Part shown: positions 37,692 to 47,944 of the stretch, in pieces
How positions within the stretch are numbered: the first letter of the stretch is position 1
Layout of the letters: every line of letters begins with the position of its first letter
Virus record (IMG/VR): IMGVR_UViG_3300044297_000142
Coordinates: 1-60,440 of that record
Length of the DNA stretch: 60,440 bases
Source: a virus
Lineage: Duplodnaviria > Caudoviricetes
Strand: one strand, 5' to 3'
Position numbers and translations under genes: made by a program
Notes under the pieces: model-generated
Database searches by the model: none
What the model saw: only the letters and a program-made list of their open reading frames with translations
What the model was told of the DNA's origin: nothing

Positions 37692-40600
37692 ATGTCTCTA
37701 TATTTCAATGTTGATCCTTACTACGATGATTTCGATCAGACAAAAAACTTTCATCGTATTCTTTTCAGACCAGGTAGAGCCGTTCAAGCCAGGGAACTAA
37801 CACAGTCTCAGACCATTCTTCAGGATCAAATTACAAAGTTTGCAGATAACATCTTCAAACAGAATTCTCCTGTTACTGGCGGTCAGATTACAACAAACTT
37901 TGATTGTTATTACGTAAAACTACAACCAACATTTGGTACATCCAATATTGATGTTGGTCAGTTTGACGGTCTATTGGTAAAAAATTCAACAGGTACCGTT
38001 ATTGCACGTGTCGTTAAAGTTGCAACAGCAACTGGTACATCTGGTGAAGGTGATCCACCAACATTGATTTTGGTATACAAAACCGGCAATCATTTCCAAG
38101 ATAACGATGTTATCTATGATGTAAACTCAAACTTAGCTGCACAGGCAATTGTTTCAGGTTCTACTGGCCAAGCTTCAGTAGCTTCAATTTCACAAGGTGT
38201 TTTCTATATACTTGGCAACTTTGTTCAGATTCAACCAACAACAGTAATTCTGGAAAAATATAATAACACACCAAGTAAGCGTGTTGGTCTTACAATCACA
38301 GAAACAATCTATGATTACATCAATGATCCATCATTGTTGGATCCAGCCATCGGTGCATCTAACTATCAAGCACCAGGTGCAGACAGATATTATATTGGTC
38401 TGACATTAGATACCAGACCAATCCAACTGGGTGATGACCAAAACTTTGTTGAATTGGTACGTGTTGTCAATGGTGATGTACAAAAACTGGTTGATGGATC
38501 TGTATATAATGTTATCGATGACTACTTTGCAAAACGTGATTATGAAACCAACGGTGATTACATCGTTAATGATTTCAAATTGACACCAAGAACAAACGTA
38601 GACGGTTCAAAATATACTTTGTCTGTTGGTAAAGGTCTTGCATATGTACATGGTTATCGTGTAGAAAACCAAATTCAACAAGATTTGGTATCTGATCGTG
38701 CAAGAGCAACAGTTTCACAAAACAATAGTCCAGTCTTTATTGATTTTGGTTCTTATTTGTATGTTGATAACGTTCGTGGTGCAAACACCAGTTTCTTTGA
38801 TGTTACAACCACACAAACAATCGACCTGCATTGTGTCACAGTTGCAAACGTAAATACATCAAGTGCAGCTGCATATACATCAACAGTTGTTGGTTCTGGT
38901 TACATCCGTGGTTTGGTATATGACCACGACACAAATGATGCATCAGGAAACACATTTGTGTATAAGGCTTATGTAAACGACATTCAGTTGGCATCACTAT
39001 CCGCAAATGCAGTTTCTGGTGGTTCTTCTACAATTACATTACCCGCAACATATTCTGCATCAAACACATCATATGTTGGTGTGAATATTCAAATCACACA
39101 AGGTACATCTGCTGGTGATTTCAGAACAATCACCGCATATAATGGTGTATCAAAAGTTGCAACAGTTAACCAGGCCTGGACAACAACACCAGATACAACA
39201 TCTGTATTTGTAATGAACTTTGGTATCAAAGACACCGAAACAATCGTTTCTGTTGATGGTTCTAGAAACGTTTTGGCTACAGCAACAATTAATCCAGAAG
39301 GTAAAGACAACGGATTGTCAACAGGCAATACTGTATTGGAAAATCCAAATGTACCAGAATTGATTTTCAATGTTGGTTCTCCTTATATTTCTGATATTAA
39401 AAATACATCTTACACCACCGAACAATTGTGGAGAAGTGTTTCTTTCACATCAGCTGGCGGTTCTGTAAGCGCACAAATTAACTTTTCGGGTGCATTGTCA
39501 GGCATCTTCAAACATCTTGGTACACCAAGCAGTACACTTTCTGCTGATGTTATTCGCCAAAATTATTCTATCGTTGTAACAAATAAAGGTTCTAATTCTT
39601 CAATCGTAAATGGAGATATTATTCCTTGGACAACCGCAGGAAGAACAGTTACATTAGATAGTACAGGTGGAATTGCCACATTCTCTGCAACTGATTTGTC
39701 ACCATTCACAGCCACAATCGTGGCAAAAGTGTATGTTGTATCAGCAGACAACTCTGGTTATGTAAGAAAGTTTAAGAATTTAATCAGTGCAAATACAACA
39801 GCCGTAAATATTTCTGGTACACAAGTCAATACATACACATTTGTTGATGATGCAGCACTCACATCCACAGGACAAGTTTACATACAAAACGCAGGTTTGG
39901 TTTCTCCAGGCAACGCACAGAGTTTGTATTTGTCTGATGTGAAAAACATTGTAAAAATTATTGATACAAAAAATCCAGCAACAGCACCTAATGCAGGTAT
40001 GTTGACAAACGGAACTTATGATGTAACGAACAATTATGTATTGGATAATGGTCAAAGAGATAGTCATTATGACCATGCAACCATCACACTAAAACCTGGC
40101 GCACCAAAGCCAGCCGGCAATCTTTTGGTGTTGGTGAATTACTATCAACATACTGGTGGTGATGGTTATTTCTGCCTAACTTCTTATACAAATTCAAGTT
40201 TGCCAGAAACTTATACAGGAATTGGTACATACATCAGCAAAAACGGAACATTATATTCTCTACGTGACTGTATAGATTTCCGTCCTGCCCGTAAAAACGC
40301 ACAATCTAGTTTCATTTATCGTTACTCATCAACTTCACCATCTTATTATGGTGTTGTTTTGCCAGTTGACTTGACATTGTTTACTGAAGATTACTCATAT
40401 TATTTGGGTCGTAAAGATAAATTGGTCTTAACAAAAGACAAGAGTTTCAGCATCATTCAAGGTGCACCATCATTGAATCCTTTATTACCATCTGAACCAG
40501 ATGGTTCTTTGGTGATTGCAAATATTACACACAGACCATATACTGGTTATCTACCAACAGAAGCACCAGTTGGTACTGTAGCCGACCTTTCTATTGAGAA

Positions 40601-43600
40601 AGTTAAACACAAACGATTCACAATGCAAGACATTGCTGGATTAGAAAACAGAATCAATAACATTGAATACTATTCTTCTTTGAGTTTGTTGGAACAGAAA
40701 GCATCTTCACTACAAATCTCTGATGCATATGGTCTAAACAGATTCAAAAATGGTATTATTGTTGATGACTTCAGTTCATATGCAACAGCCGATACATTAA
40801 ATTCTGATTACTCTGCAACAATTAACCGCAGAGAAAGAGTAATGACGGCCACACAAAATGTGAAAAACTTCCCATTGAAATCTACCGCATTAGTACAAAA
40901 CATGGGTTCTGTTTCTGATGCAACTTTAACTTCTTTGGGTTATGGCATCAGTTCAGATGGTGAAGTAAACTATTTCACATTACCATATACAACTGCAAAT
41001 GCGGCTAGCCAAAAGTTTGCATCTAGAACAGTCAATGCAAACCCATTCTCTTATGCAAACAAAGAAGGTGTTCTATCATTGACACCTAACATGGACAACT
41101 GGGTAGATACAAATTATGCACCTGCATTGTTGATTACTGATCCAAACCTACAAGTTTTCCAAGCAAGCAATAATGTAAACGTGTTGCAAGCTGGTGATTG
41201 GAAAACAATTCCAGGTACAACACGCACAACTTCAACAAATACTGAAGGACACAATATAAATCCTTCACCATTTGGTTACATTGGTTATACGAAAACAAGT
41301 ACATATTCATCTGCAACACAAACAAATGTTGTTGGTTCATATGATAAAATTGGTAACACATATGCTTTCAACAATGGTTATATCACAGATATTTCTGTTC
41401 TACCATTTATTCGTCCACAACAAATTGTAATTCGCAACAAAGGTATGTTGTTCAATGCAAACGTTGATGTGTATTTTGACGGTACAAATGTTGACAAGTA
41501 TGTGAGAAAAACAAACGTTCTTGAGTTAACAGGTGTAACCGGTACATTCAATGAAGGTGATGTTGTTGGTTACTATAGTTCTGGTTCTTTCCATGCAACT
41601 GCACGTGTTGTTGGTGTATATCAAAAAGATTCCACAACAGTTAGATTGTATGTTGCTGCAGATCCATTGTTGACTGTATACACACCAGGTGTTTTGCAAA
41701 ACGCTTTCTTCGATACAAATGGTAACTATACAGCGACTACTGCAAGTGGTACATTGAGTAGTACAAGTCACTTCGGTGCAGCTGTGGTTGATGCAAGTAA
41801 CTCTACCAAAATTAAATTGGCTGGTACCGCACCAACATCAAACTCATATTATACCGGAAATACTATTCACATTACTTCTGGAACCGGTGCAGGTCAATCT
41901 GCAACAATTACAAATTACTTTGGTGCCAACCAAACAGCGATCCTATCATCTTCAATAACATGTGCCAACGGAGATATCTATTCTATCGGTACATTCAATA
42001 CAGACGAGATTGGTAGTTTCTATGGTATATTCAGTTTACCAGCAAATACATTCCACAATGGCCAACGTGTGTTGCGTGTGGACAATTCTAATGGTAATCC
42101 TGGTGCTGCAACAACCTATGCAGAAAGCACATTCTATTCTGAAGGTTTGCAGACAACACAACAAAGTTTGGACTTTGGTGCATCACCAGCTGGTGCAAAA
42201 AATACATTCACACAAGTTAATAAACAAAGTGATGTTTTGATTTCCACATCAGTAAGTCCATGGGATCCAATTGCACAGACATTTATATTTGACAAGGCAA
42301 ATTATCCAAATGGTTTGTTCTTGAATTCGGCAACGTTCTTCTTTGCAACAAAGCCAACATCAGATAATTCACCAATCACATTGTCTATTGTTGGAACTTT
42401 GAATGGTTATCCAAATGGTCAGACATTAGATCACTCGATTGTTACTTTGTATCCAAATCAAATTAAAACATCAAGCACACCACAGTATTTGGATTCAACA
42501 GCTTCAACAACATTTACATTTAATGCACCAGTTTATATTCAACCAGGTGTTCTGTATGCGTTCTTGTTGAAAACTAATTCAAGAGAATACACACTATGGA
42601 CTGCATCAAATGGTGACACCGCATTGGCATCTTCAGTTAAGAATCTACCATCAGATCCAACACCATCTTCAATCACCAAAATTGGTGGTGCACCATATGT
42701 TGGTGCATTGTTCTTGTCACAAAATTCACAAACATGGAATGCTGATCAGAACCAATCATTGATGTTTGTGGCTGATCGTTGTGTATTCAATACTGCGGCC
42801 AATCCAACTCTTGCGTTCGTTGTTCCTAAGAAATTGCCACAAAGAACATTGATTGACCAGTCTGTACAGTATTATCTAAATGCAAACAATATATCTTCTA
42901 CAATTGATACGATTTCAAATACAGATATATTGGTTGATGCATTTAATATTACCACGACAGATTTTGTTCCAACAACCACAGGTGTTTCTTATTCATATGC
43001 AGCAACACTACAAAATGGTAGTGCTGCACCTACAGTAAACATCGTACCAGGAAAGTTTGCCACACCAACACAAGATGACATTTACCTGGCCGATGGTCAA
43101 GGTGAACGTATACTGTTGTCAAACACCAACAATTCATTTACATTGAACGCACAAATGGTTTCTGTGGATGATGCGGTATCTCCTGTTATTTCTGATGCTG
43201 GTCTATCAACATATGCAATCCAATGGAACATCAACAACTGTGAACTATCAAACAACTTGATTACTGTCACAAATGGTGGTTCAAACTATAACGTATCTAA
43301 CGTTCTAGTAACATTCTCTGCACCAACAGGCAAAAACGGTACACAGGCTTATGGTGTTGCGAATGTGGTTAATGGTTCTGTTAATGCAATTTATGTCACA
43401 ACACCAGGTTCTGGTTATGTTCAGACACCTACTGTTACAATTTCTGTAAGTGGTGGCTCCGCATCTGGTGCAACCGCAACAGTTGCAGGTGAAACTGGTA
43501 AAAATGGTGGAAATGCAGCATCACGTTATGTGACCAAGAAAGTTGTATTGGATCCAGGCTTTGATTCTGGTGACCTGAATGTATACTTGACTGCATATCG

Positions 43601-43940
43601 TCCTGTAAATACTGACATTCAAGTTTACTATAAGATTTTGAATAGAAACGACACACAAAAGTTTGAAGATGGATCATGGCAATTGATGACAAAAACCAAT
43701 AGTTGTGATTCTAAGTATTCACAATCACGTAGTGAGTTGTTTGAATATACTTTTGCACCAGGTAATGCTGGTGTAGACCAAGGTTTTGTAACATATACAA
43801 GTACAAATGGCCAAACATATACAACATTCAGTCAATTTGCATTGAAGGTTGTGTTCACAACATCTGATAAAACATTCGTTCCATTTGCAACTGATATGCG
43901 TTGTATTGCTCTTCCTTCTAATGTAAACACAACGGTGTAA
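37692..43940 (+). CDS. large virion structural protein (VrlC/DUF4815-like)
   Basis: FNVDPYYDDFD..KNFHRILFRPG.AVQARELTQ.Q..LQ.QI, APGADR, RFKNG..VD.F, DP.AQTF. Confidence 0.82.
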   Translation: MSLYFNVDPYYDDFDQTKNFHRILFRPGRAVQARELTQSQTILQDQITKFADNIFKQNSPVTGGQITTNFDCYYVKLQPTFGTSNIDVGQFDGLLVKNSTGTVIARVVKVATATGTSGEGDPPTLILVYKTGNHFQDNDVIYDVNSNLAAQAIVSGSTGQASVASISQGVFYILGNFVQIQPTTVILEKYNNTPSKRVGLTITETIYDYINDPSLLDPAIGASNYQAPGADRYYIGLTLDTRPIQLGDDQNFVELVRVVNGDVQKLVDGSVYNVIDDYFAKRDYETNGDYIVNDFKLTPRTNVDGSKYTLSVGKGLAYVHGYRVENQIQQDLVSDRARATVSQNNSPVFIDFGSYLYVDNVRGANTSFFDVTTTQTIDLHCVTVANVNTSSAAAYTSTVVGSGYIRGLVYDHDTNDASGNTFVYKAYVNDIQLASLSANAVSGGSSTITLPATYSASNTSYVGVNIQITQGTSAGDFRTITAYNGVSKVATVNQAWTTTPDTTSVFVMNFGIKDTETIVSVDGSRNVLATATINPEGKDNGLSTGNTVLENPNVPELIFNVGSPYISDIKNTSYTTEQLWRSVSFTSAGGSVSAQINFSGALSGIFKHLGTPSSTLSADVIRQNYSIVVTNKGSNSSIVNGDIIPWTTAGRTVTLDSTGGIATFSATDLSPFTATIVAKVYVVSADNSGYVRKFKNLISANTTAVNISGTQVNTYTFVDDAALTSTGQVYIQNAGLVSPGNAQSLYLSDVKNIVKIIDTKNPATAPNAGMLTNGTYDVTNNYVLDNGQRDSHYDHATITLKPGAPKPAGNLLVLVNYYQHTGGDGYFCLTSYTNSSLPETYTGIGTYISKNGTLYSLRDCIDFRPARKNAQSSFIYRYSSTSPSYYGVVLPVDLTLFTEDYSYYLGRKDKLVLTKDKSFSIIQGAPSLNPLLPSEPDGSLVIANITHRPYTGYLPTEAPVGTVADLSIEKVKHKRFTMQDIAGLENRINNIEYYSSLSLLEQKASSLQISDAYGLNRFKNGIIVDDFSSYATADTLNSDYSATINRRERVMTATQNVKNFPLKSTALVQNMGSVSDATLTSLGYGISSDGEVNYFTLPYTTANAASQKFASRTVNANPFSYANKEGVLSLTPNMDNWVDTNYAPALLITDPNLQVFQASNNVNVLQAGDWKTIPGTTRTTSTNTEGHNINPSPFGYIGYTKTSTYSSATQTNVVGSYDKIGNTYAFNNGYITDISVLPFIRPQQIVIRNKGMLFNANVDVYFDGTNVDKYVRKTNVLELTGVTGTFNEGDVVGYYSSGSFHATARVVGVYQKDSTTVRLYVAADPLLTVYTPGVLQNAFFDTNGNYTATTASGTLSSTSHFGAAVVDASNSTKIKLAGTAPTSNSYYTGNTIHITSGTGAGQSATITNYFGANQTAILSSSITCANGDIYSIGTFNTDEIGSFYGIFSLPANTFHNGQRVLRVDNSNGNPGAATTYAESTFYSEGLQTTQQSLDFGASPAGAKNTFTQVNKQSDVLISTSVSPWDPIAQTFIFDKANYPNGLFLNSATFFFATKPTSDNSPITLSIVGTLNGYPNGQTLDHSIVTLYPNQIKTSSTPQYLDSTASTTFTFNAPVYIQPGVLYAFLLKTNSREYTLWTASNGDTALASSVKNLPSDPTPSSITKIGGAPYVGALFLSQNSQTWNADQNQSLMFVADRCVFNTAANPTLAFVVPKKLPQRTLIDQSVQYYLNANNISSTIDTISNTDILVDAFNITTTDFVPTTTGVSYSYAATLQNGSAAPTVNIVPGKFATPTQDDIYLADGQGERILLSNTNNSFTLNAQMVSVDDAVSPVISDAGLSTYAIQWNINNCELSNNLITVTNGGSNYNVSNVLVTFSAPTGKNGTQAYGVANVVNGSVNAIYVTTPGSGYVQTPTVTISVSGGSASGATATVAGETGKNGGNAASRYVTKKVVLDPGFDSGDLNVYLTAYRPVNTDIQVYYKILNRNDTQKFEDGSWQLMTKTNSCDSKYSQSRSELFEYTFAPGNAGVDQGFVTYTSTNGQTYTTFSQFALKVVFTTSDKTFVPFATDMRCIALPSNVNTTV

Positions 43941-43941
43941 T

Positions 43942-44160
43942 ATGCAAGTAAAAATAGACGGCACATCTTTTTATAGAGACACAAACTCTATGGCTTTGGT
44001 CAACAAAGATGTTGCCGGTCTAGAAGAATATAGAACAAAAAGAAAATTTGCCGAATCCCAGAGGCAAGAAATAAATAATCTAAAGAAAGAAATGGATTGC
44101 ATCAAAGGTGATGTTCTTGAAATAAAAGAAATGATGCGCCAACTACTGAATAAAGGTTAA
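43942..44160 (+). CDS. small coiled-coil protein
   Basis: RD..S.A.VN.D, heptad C-terminus; typical gene after the VrlC-like protein. Confidence 0.75.
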   Translation: MQVKIDGTSFYRDTNSMALVNKDVAGLEEYRTKRKFAESQRQEINNLKKEMDCIKGDVLEIKEMMRQLLNKG

Positions 44161-44161
44161 A

Positions 44162-47100
44162 ATGGCAAATACAGTTACCACACTAAATTACGCAAACACC
44201 TTTGGTGATTGGTTAGTTGCGACCGATACGTTAATCAGCGAAAATAATATACTGGCTTCTGGCAACTATGTCAAAAATGCTGGCACATTATATTTGAACG
44301 AAACTACCCAAAACTCTTTGCAGGCCAATGGTAATATTGTTGTTCAGAAACAACTTCTTGTTCAGGGTATTGGTTCATCCGCAACAATTCAAAACAACCT
44401 AACAGTTGGTGGTCAAATATATTTTACCAATACAACTCTTGGACTTACACACACAGGTCAGGCAAACTTAAATGGTTTGGTTCTTGCACAAGCACCAGGT
44501 ATTGCTGTGCAAGTTTCAAATAGCATGTATGTTGGTGGCAGTACAACAATTCAATATAACACCATCACAGATAAGGTTCAGGCAAATACATCTGTAAACA
44601 CCACAACTTTGAGTGTTGTTTCAAATACATACACAGATATACTACAAGCAAACACATCTGCAAATACCAGAACTTTAAGTGTTTGGGGTACAACCTTTAC
44701 TGATGTTTTACAGGCAAACTCAAGCACCAATACAAGCACCGCAAGTGTGGTTAATACAACCTATACCAAAGTTTTACAAGCAAATAATAGTGTTTTGACT
44801 GGAACATTGACTGCAAATACTCTTGTGAGTGCAGCGAATATCATTTCCAGTGGTGCAATAAGTGCTGCAGGTTCGGTTCTTGCCGACAAGGTACAGGCAA
44901 ACACAAGCATTACAACCGCTTCGTTGACTGCAAATACAGTAGTTACTGCTGCCAATATTATTTCTACAGGTGCAATTAGTGCCGCAGGTACAATTACCGC
45001 AAATCGTATTGTGGCAAACAATGATGTTCAGGCATCAAATATTATTTCCAGTGGTGCGATAAGTGCAGCCGGTACCATATCAGTCAATAGAGTTCAAGCA
45101 AATACATCGGTGAATACTGCAACTCTGTCTGTTACTGGTACAGAATATGTTGATACGATTAATGCAAATACATCAATAACAACACCAAAACTTGTAGTTA
45201 ATAATTTACTTGATGGCAATACAGCTACAGCCTATTTTAATTCTATACAAACCAATGGCCAAGTAAGTGTTGGTGGTAATTTTGTTATCAACGGTGCAAC
45301 AGTTTACAACTCAAACACATTTACATTAAATGCTGGTTCAGCCACAGGACAATTAAGTTATGTCAATGTAAACCGTGGAACTTCAGGTGCAAATGCATCT
45401 ATTCGTTGGAATGAAGCACAGAAATATTGGGATATATTGGATGTTAATAATTCAACTTATTACAGAGTACTGCATGACGAATTCTTAAGCAGTTCATCAA
45501 ACCTAAACAACACTTCCAATGTTGCCACATCAGCGGCTGTATATTCTGCAAACGTATTTTTACAAGGATATGCTCAAACATATACAGATACTGCAAACAC
45601 AAACTTAAAATCTTATGTTGATACAACATATAGCAACGCTAGTAACATTACTTCTGGTACTTTAAATGCAGCCAGACTTCCAACTTCTGGTGCAACAGCA
45701 GGAACATATGGTGGAACATCACAAGTTCCAGTTATTGTTGTTGATAATAAAGGTAGAATAACTTCTGTTGCAAACACAGCTGTTGCTGGTGTTGCGGGTT
45801 ATAGTTACACACCATCAAACAGTACATTTGTTATTGCAACCAGCGCAGGCACTTCTTTTAGTGCAAGTATAAATCAAGTTACAGACTTTACTGTTACAGG
45901 CAATTTGGTTGTCAATGGTACAACCACAACAGTTAACACAAGTACCGTTACAACCAAAGATTCTTTGATTAAATTGGCTGATGGAAATACTGTTGATAGT
46001 TTAGATATTGGTTTCTATGGTCAATATGGTGCATCAACCTATGGTGGTTTGTTCAGAAAAGCCGCAGATAAATTCTATTTGGTACAAGGACTTACAAGTG
46101 ATCCTACATCAAATACAGTAACATTTACATCTGCAAATCGTTCTACATTAGATGCAAACATTGTTGGTGGTACATTCCAAGGTCAAACTGTGGCCATTGG
46201 TTATGGTGGCACAAACAACACATCGTTTAGTTCTGGACAAAGAGTTATTTTTGATGGTTCTAAACTTGCTTCACAAGCAAATACGACCACAACACCAACA
46301 GGAAGTTTGGGCACCAGCAGTACAATTAGTTCTCTGTCATACAATTCTTATGGTGAATTGACTGCCTATACAGCATCACCAATTGCAATTTCATACAGCC
46401 AAGTTTCTGGTTTGTCATCATCTGCCACAACCGATACAACTAATGCTTCAAACATTACAAGTGGTACTTTACCAAATGCAAGATTGAGTTCTATTCCAAA
46501 TAGTGCATTGGCAAACTATACCATATCTGGTGTTGCACTTGGATCAAACCTATCGACACTTACAATGGGTGTTTCTGGAACAGGCCTTTCTGGTTCCGCA
46601 TCTTATAATGGTACTGGTTCATCTACATTTACTGTAACAAGTAATGCAACCAATTCAAATACACCTAGTACAATTGTTGCTCGTGACGGAAGTGGTAACT
46701 TCTCAGCCGGAACCATTACTGCATCATTGAATGGTAACGCATCTACTGTTACAAATGGTGTTTATACAAGTGGTTCATACTCTAATCCTTCCTGGATAAC
46801 ATCTCTAGGTGGTTCAAAAATTTCCGGAAATATTTCTGGTAATGCTTCAAACATCACATCATATACAATTGACCAAAGTGTTGGAAGCAGCAATAATGTT
46901 CAATTCAATTCTATTGGTGTGGGAACTGCTCCTTCTGGAACAACTGGTGAAATTCGTGCAATAAATGATATTACGGCTTTCTATACTTCTGATATCAAAT
47001 ACAAAGAAAATGTAAAGTCAATTCAAAACGCATTAGATATTGTTGATGCAATTGGTGGTAAAACATTTGATTGGACAGATGAATATATTAATAATAAAGG

Positions 47101-47293
47101 TGGTATCGATGGTTATTTTGTTCGCAAAAATGACTTTGGTGTAATCGCTCAAGATGTTCAATCAGTTTTCCCTGTGGCTATACGTGAAAAATTAGATGGT
47201 TCTCTTGCGGTTGACTATGAAAAACTTTGTGCCTTGGCATTCCAAGCCATCAAAGAATTGAAGGCTGAAATTGAAGAACTAAAGAAGAAATAA
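44162..47293 (+). CDS. tail fibre with C-terminal peptidase S74 intramolecular chaperone
   Basis: ANTFGDW N-terminus, QANT repeats, SDIKYKENV..I..AL, GVIAQDV..VFP, VDYEKL. Confidence 0.85.
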   Translation: MANTVTTLNYANTFGDWLVATDTLISENNILASGNYVKNAGTLYLNETTQNSLQANGNIVVQKQLLVQGIGSSATIQNNLTVGGQIYFTNTTLGLTHTGQANLNGLVLAQAPGIAVQVSNSMYVGGSTTIQYNTITDKVQANTSVNTTTLSVVSNTYTDILQANTSANTRTLSVWGTTFTDVLQANSSTNTSTASVVNTTYTKVLQANNSVLTGTLTANTLVSAANIISSGAISAAGSVLADKVQANTSITTASLTANTVVTAANIISTGAISAAGTITANRIVANNDVQASNIISSGAISAAGTISVNRVQANTSVNTATLSVTGTEYVDTINANTSITTPKLVVNNLLDGNTATAYFNSIQTNGQVSVGGNFVINGATVYNSNTFTLNAGSATGQLSYVNVNRGTSGANASIRWNEAQKYWDILDVNNSTYYRVLHDEFLSSSSNLNNTSNVATSAAVYSANVFLQGYAQTYTDTANTNLKSYVDTTYSNASNITSGTLNAARLPTSGATAGTYGGTSQVPVIVVDNKGRITSVANTAVAGVAGYSYTPSNSTFVIATSAGTSFSASINQVTDFTVTGNLVVNGTTTTVNTSTVTTKDSLIKLADGNTVDSLDIGFYGQYGASTYGGLFRKAADKFYLVQGLTSDPTSNTVTFTSANRSTLDANIVGGTFQGQTVAIGYGGTNNTSFSSGQRVIFDGSKLASQANTTTTPTGSLGTSSTISSLSYNSYGELTAYTASPIAISYSQVSGLSSSATTDTTNASNITSGTLPNARLSSIPNSALANYTISGVALGSNLSTLTMGVSGTGLSGSASYNGTGSSTFTVTSNATNSNTPSTIVARDGSGNFSAGTITASLNGNASTVTNGVYTSGSYSNPSWITSLGGSKISGNISGNASNITSYTIDQSVGSSNNVQFNSIGVGTAPSGTTGEIRAINDITAFYTSDIKYKENVKSIQNALDIVDAIGGKTFDWTDEYINNKGGIDGYFVRKNDFGVIAQDVQSVFPVAIREKLDGSLAVDYEKLCALAFQAIKELKAEIEELKKK

Positions 47294-47313
47294 ATACCAT
47301 AAAAAGGTAAAAA

Positions 47314-47655
47314 ATGGCTGCAGGATACCAAGAATTATTTGTAGAACAAGGTACGGATTATATAACAACAATTACGTTGGATGATATAAACGGAGAACCT
47401 TTCGATCTAACTGGCTATACAGCCAAAAGTCAAGTCAGAAAATCATACTATTCTTCAAACACAACAGCTGAATTTGACATTTCTTTTCCGGACGCAGCCA
47501 ATGGTATCATGGCCATTTCAATTTCTTCAGCAAATACAATCAACATATATCCAGGTAGATATGTTTATGATGTGGTAATCAAAAATAGCCAAGATGTGAG
47601 AACAAGAGTTTTAGAAGGAATTGTAAATATATTACCACAAGTTACTGTATTTTAA
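47314..47655 (+). CDS. fibre-associated Ig-like adaptor protein
   Basis: EQG.D......DLTGYTA.SQVRKSY, GRYVYDV, R.LEG.V...P.VT. Confidence 0.65.
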   Translation: MAAGYQELFVEQGTDYITTITLDDINGEPFDLTGYTAKSQVRKSYYSSNTTAEFDISFPDAANGIMAISISSANTINIYPGRYVYDVVIKNSQDVRTRVLEGIVNILPQVTVF

Positions 47656-47664
47656 GGACATAAG

Positions 47665-47898
47665 ATGCCTAACGTAACAGTAACACAACCAGCAGTTATT
47701 AAAGTACAAGTTGGAAATAAACCAGCCGCCGTGCAGACCATTTCCTATGGTTCAAAAACTCTTAGAAGTTCTTCAGATTTAAGTATACCACCAAATGCAA
47801 ACACTGGTGATGTAATCATATACAATTCAGCCAATAATAATTTTTCGGTCACCAGTATTTCAGCAGAAATTGGTATAATTGACGGTGGTCTATTTTAA
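47665..47898 (+). CDS. small structural protein ending in DGGLF
   Basis: AAGGA RBS, 77 aa. Confidence 0.65.
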   Translation: MPNVTVTQPAVIKVQVGNKPAAVQTISYGSKTLRSSSDLSIPPNANTGDVIIYNSANNNFSVTSISAEIGIIDGGLF

Positions 47899-47944
47899 TA
47901 AATACAACATAGTGTTCAATAATAATTATAACAAGGAATGAACA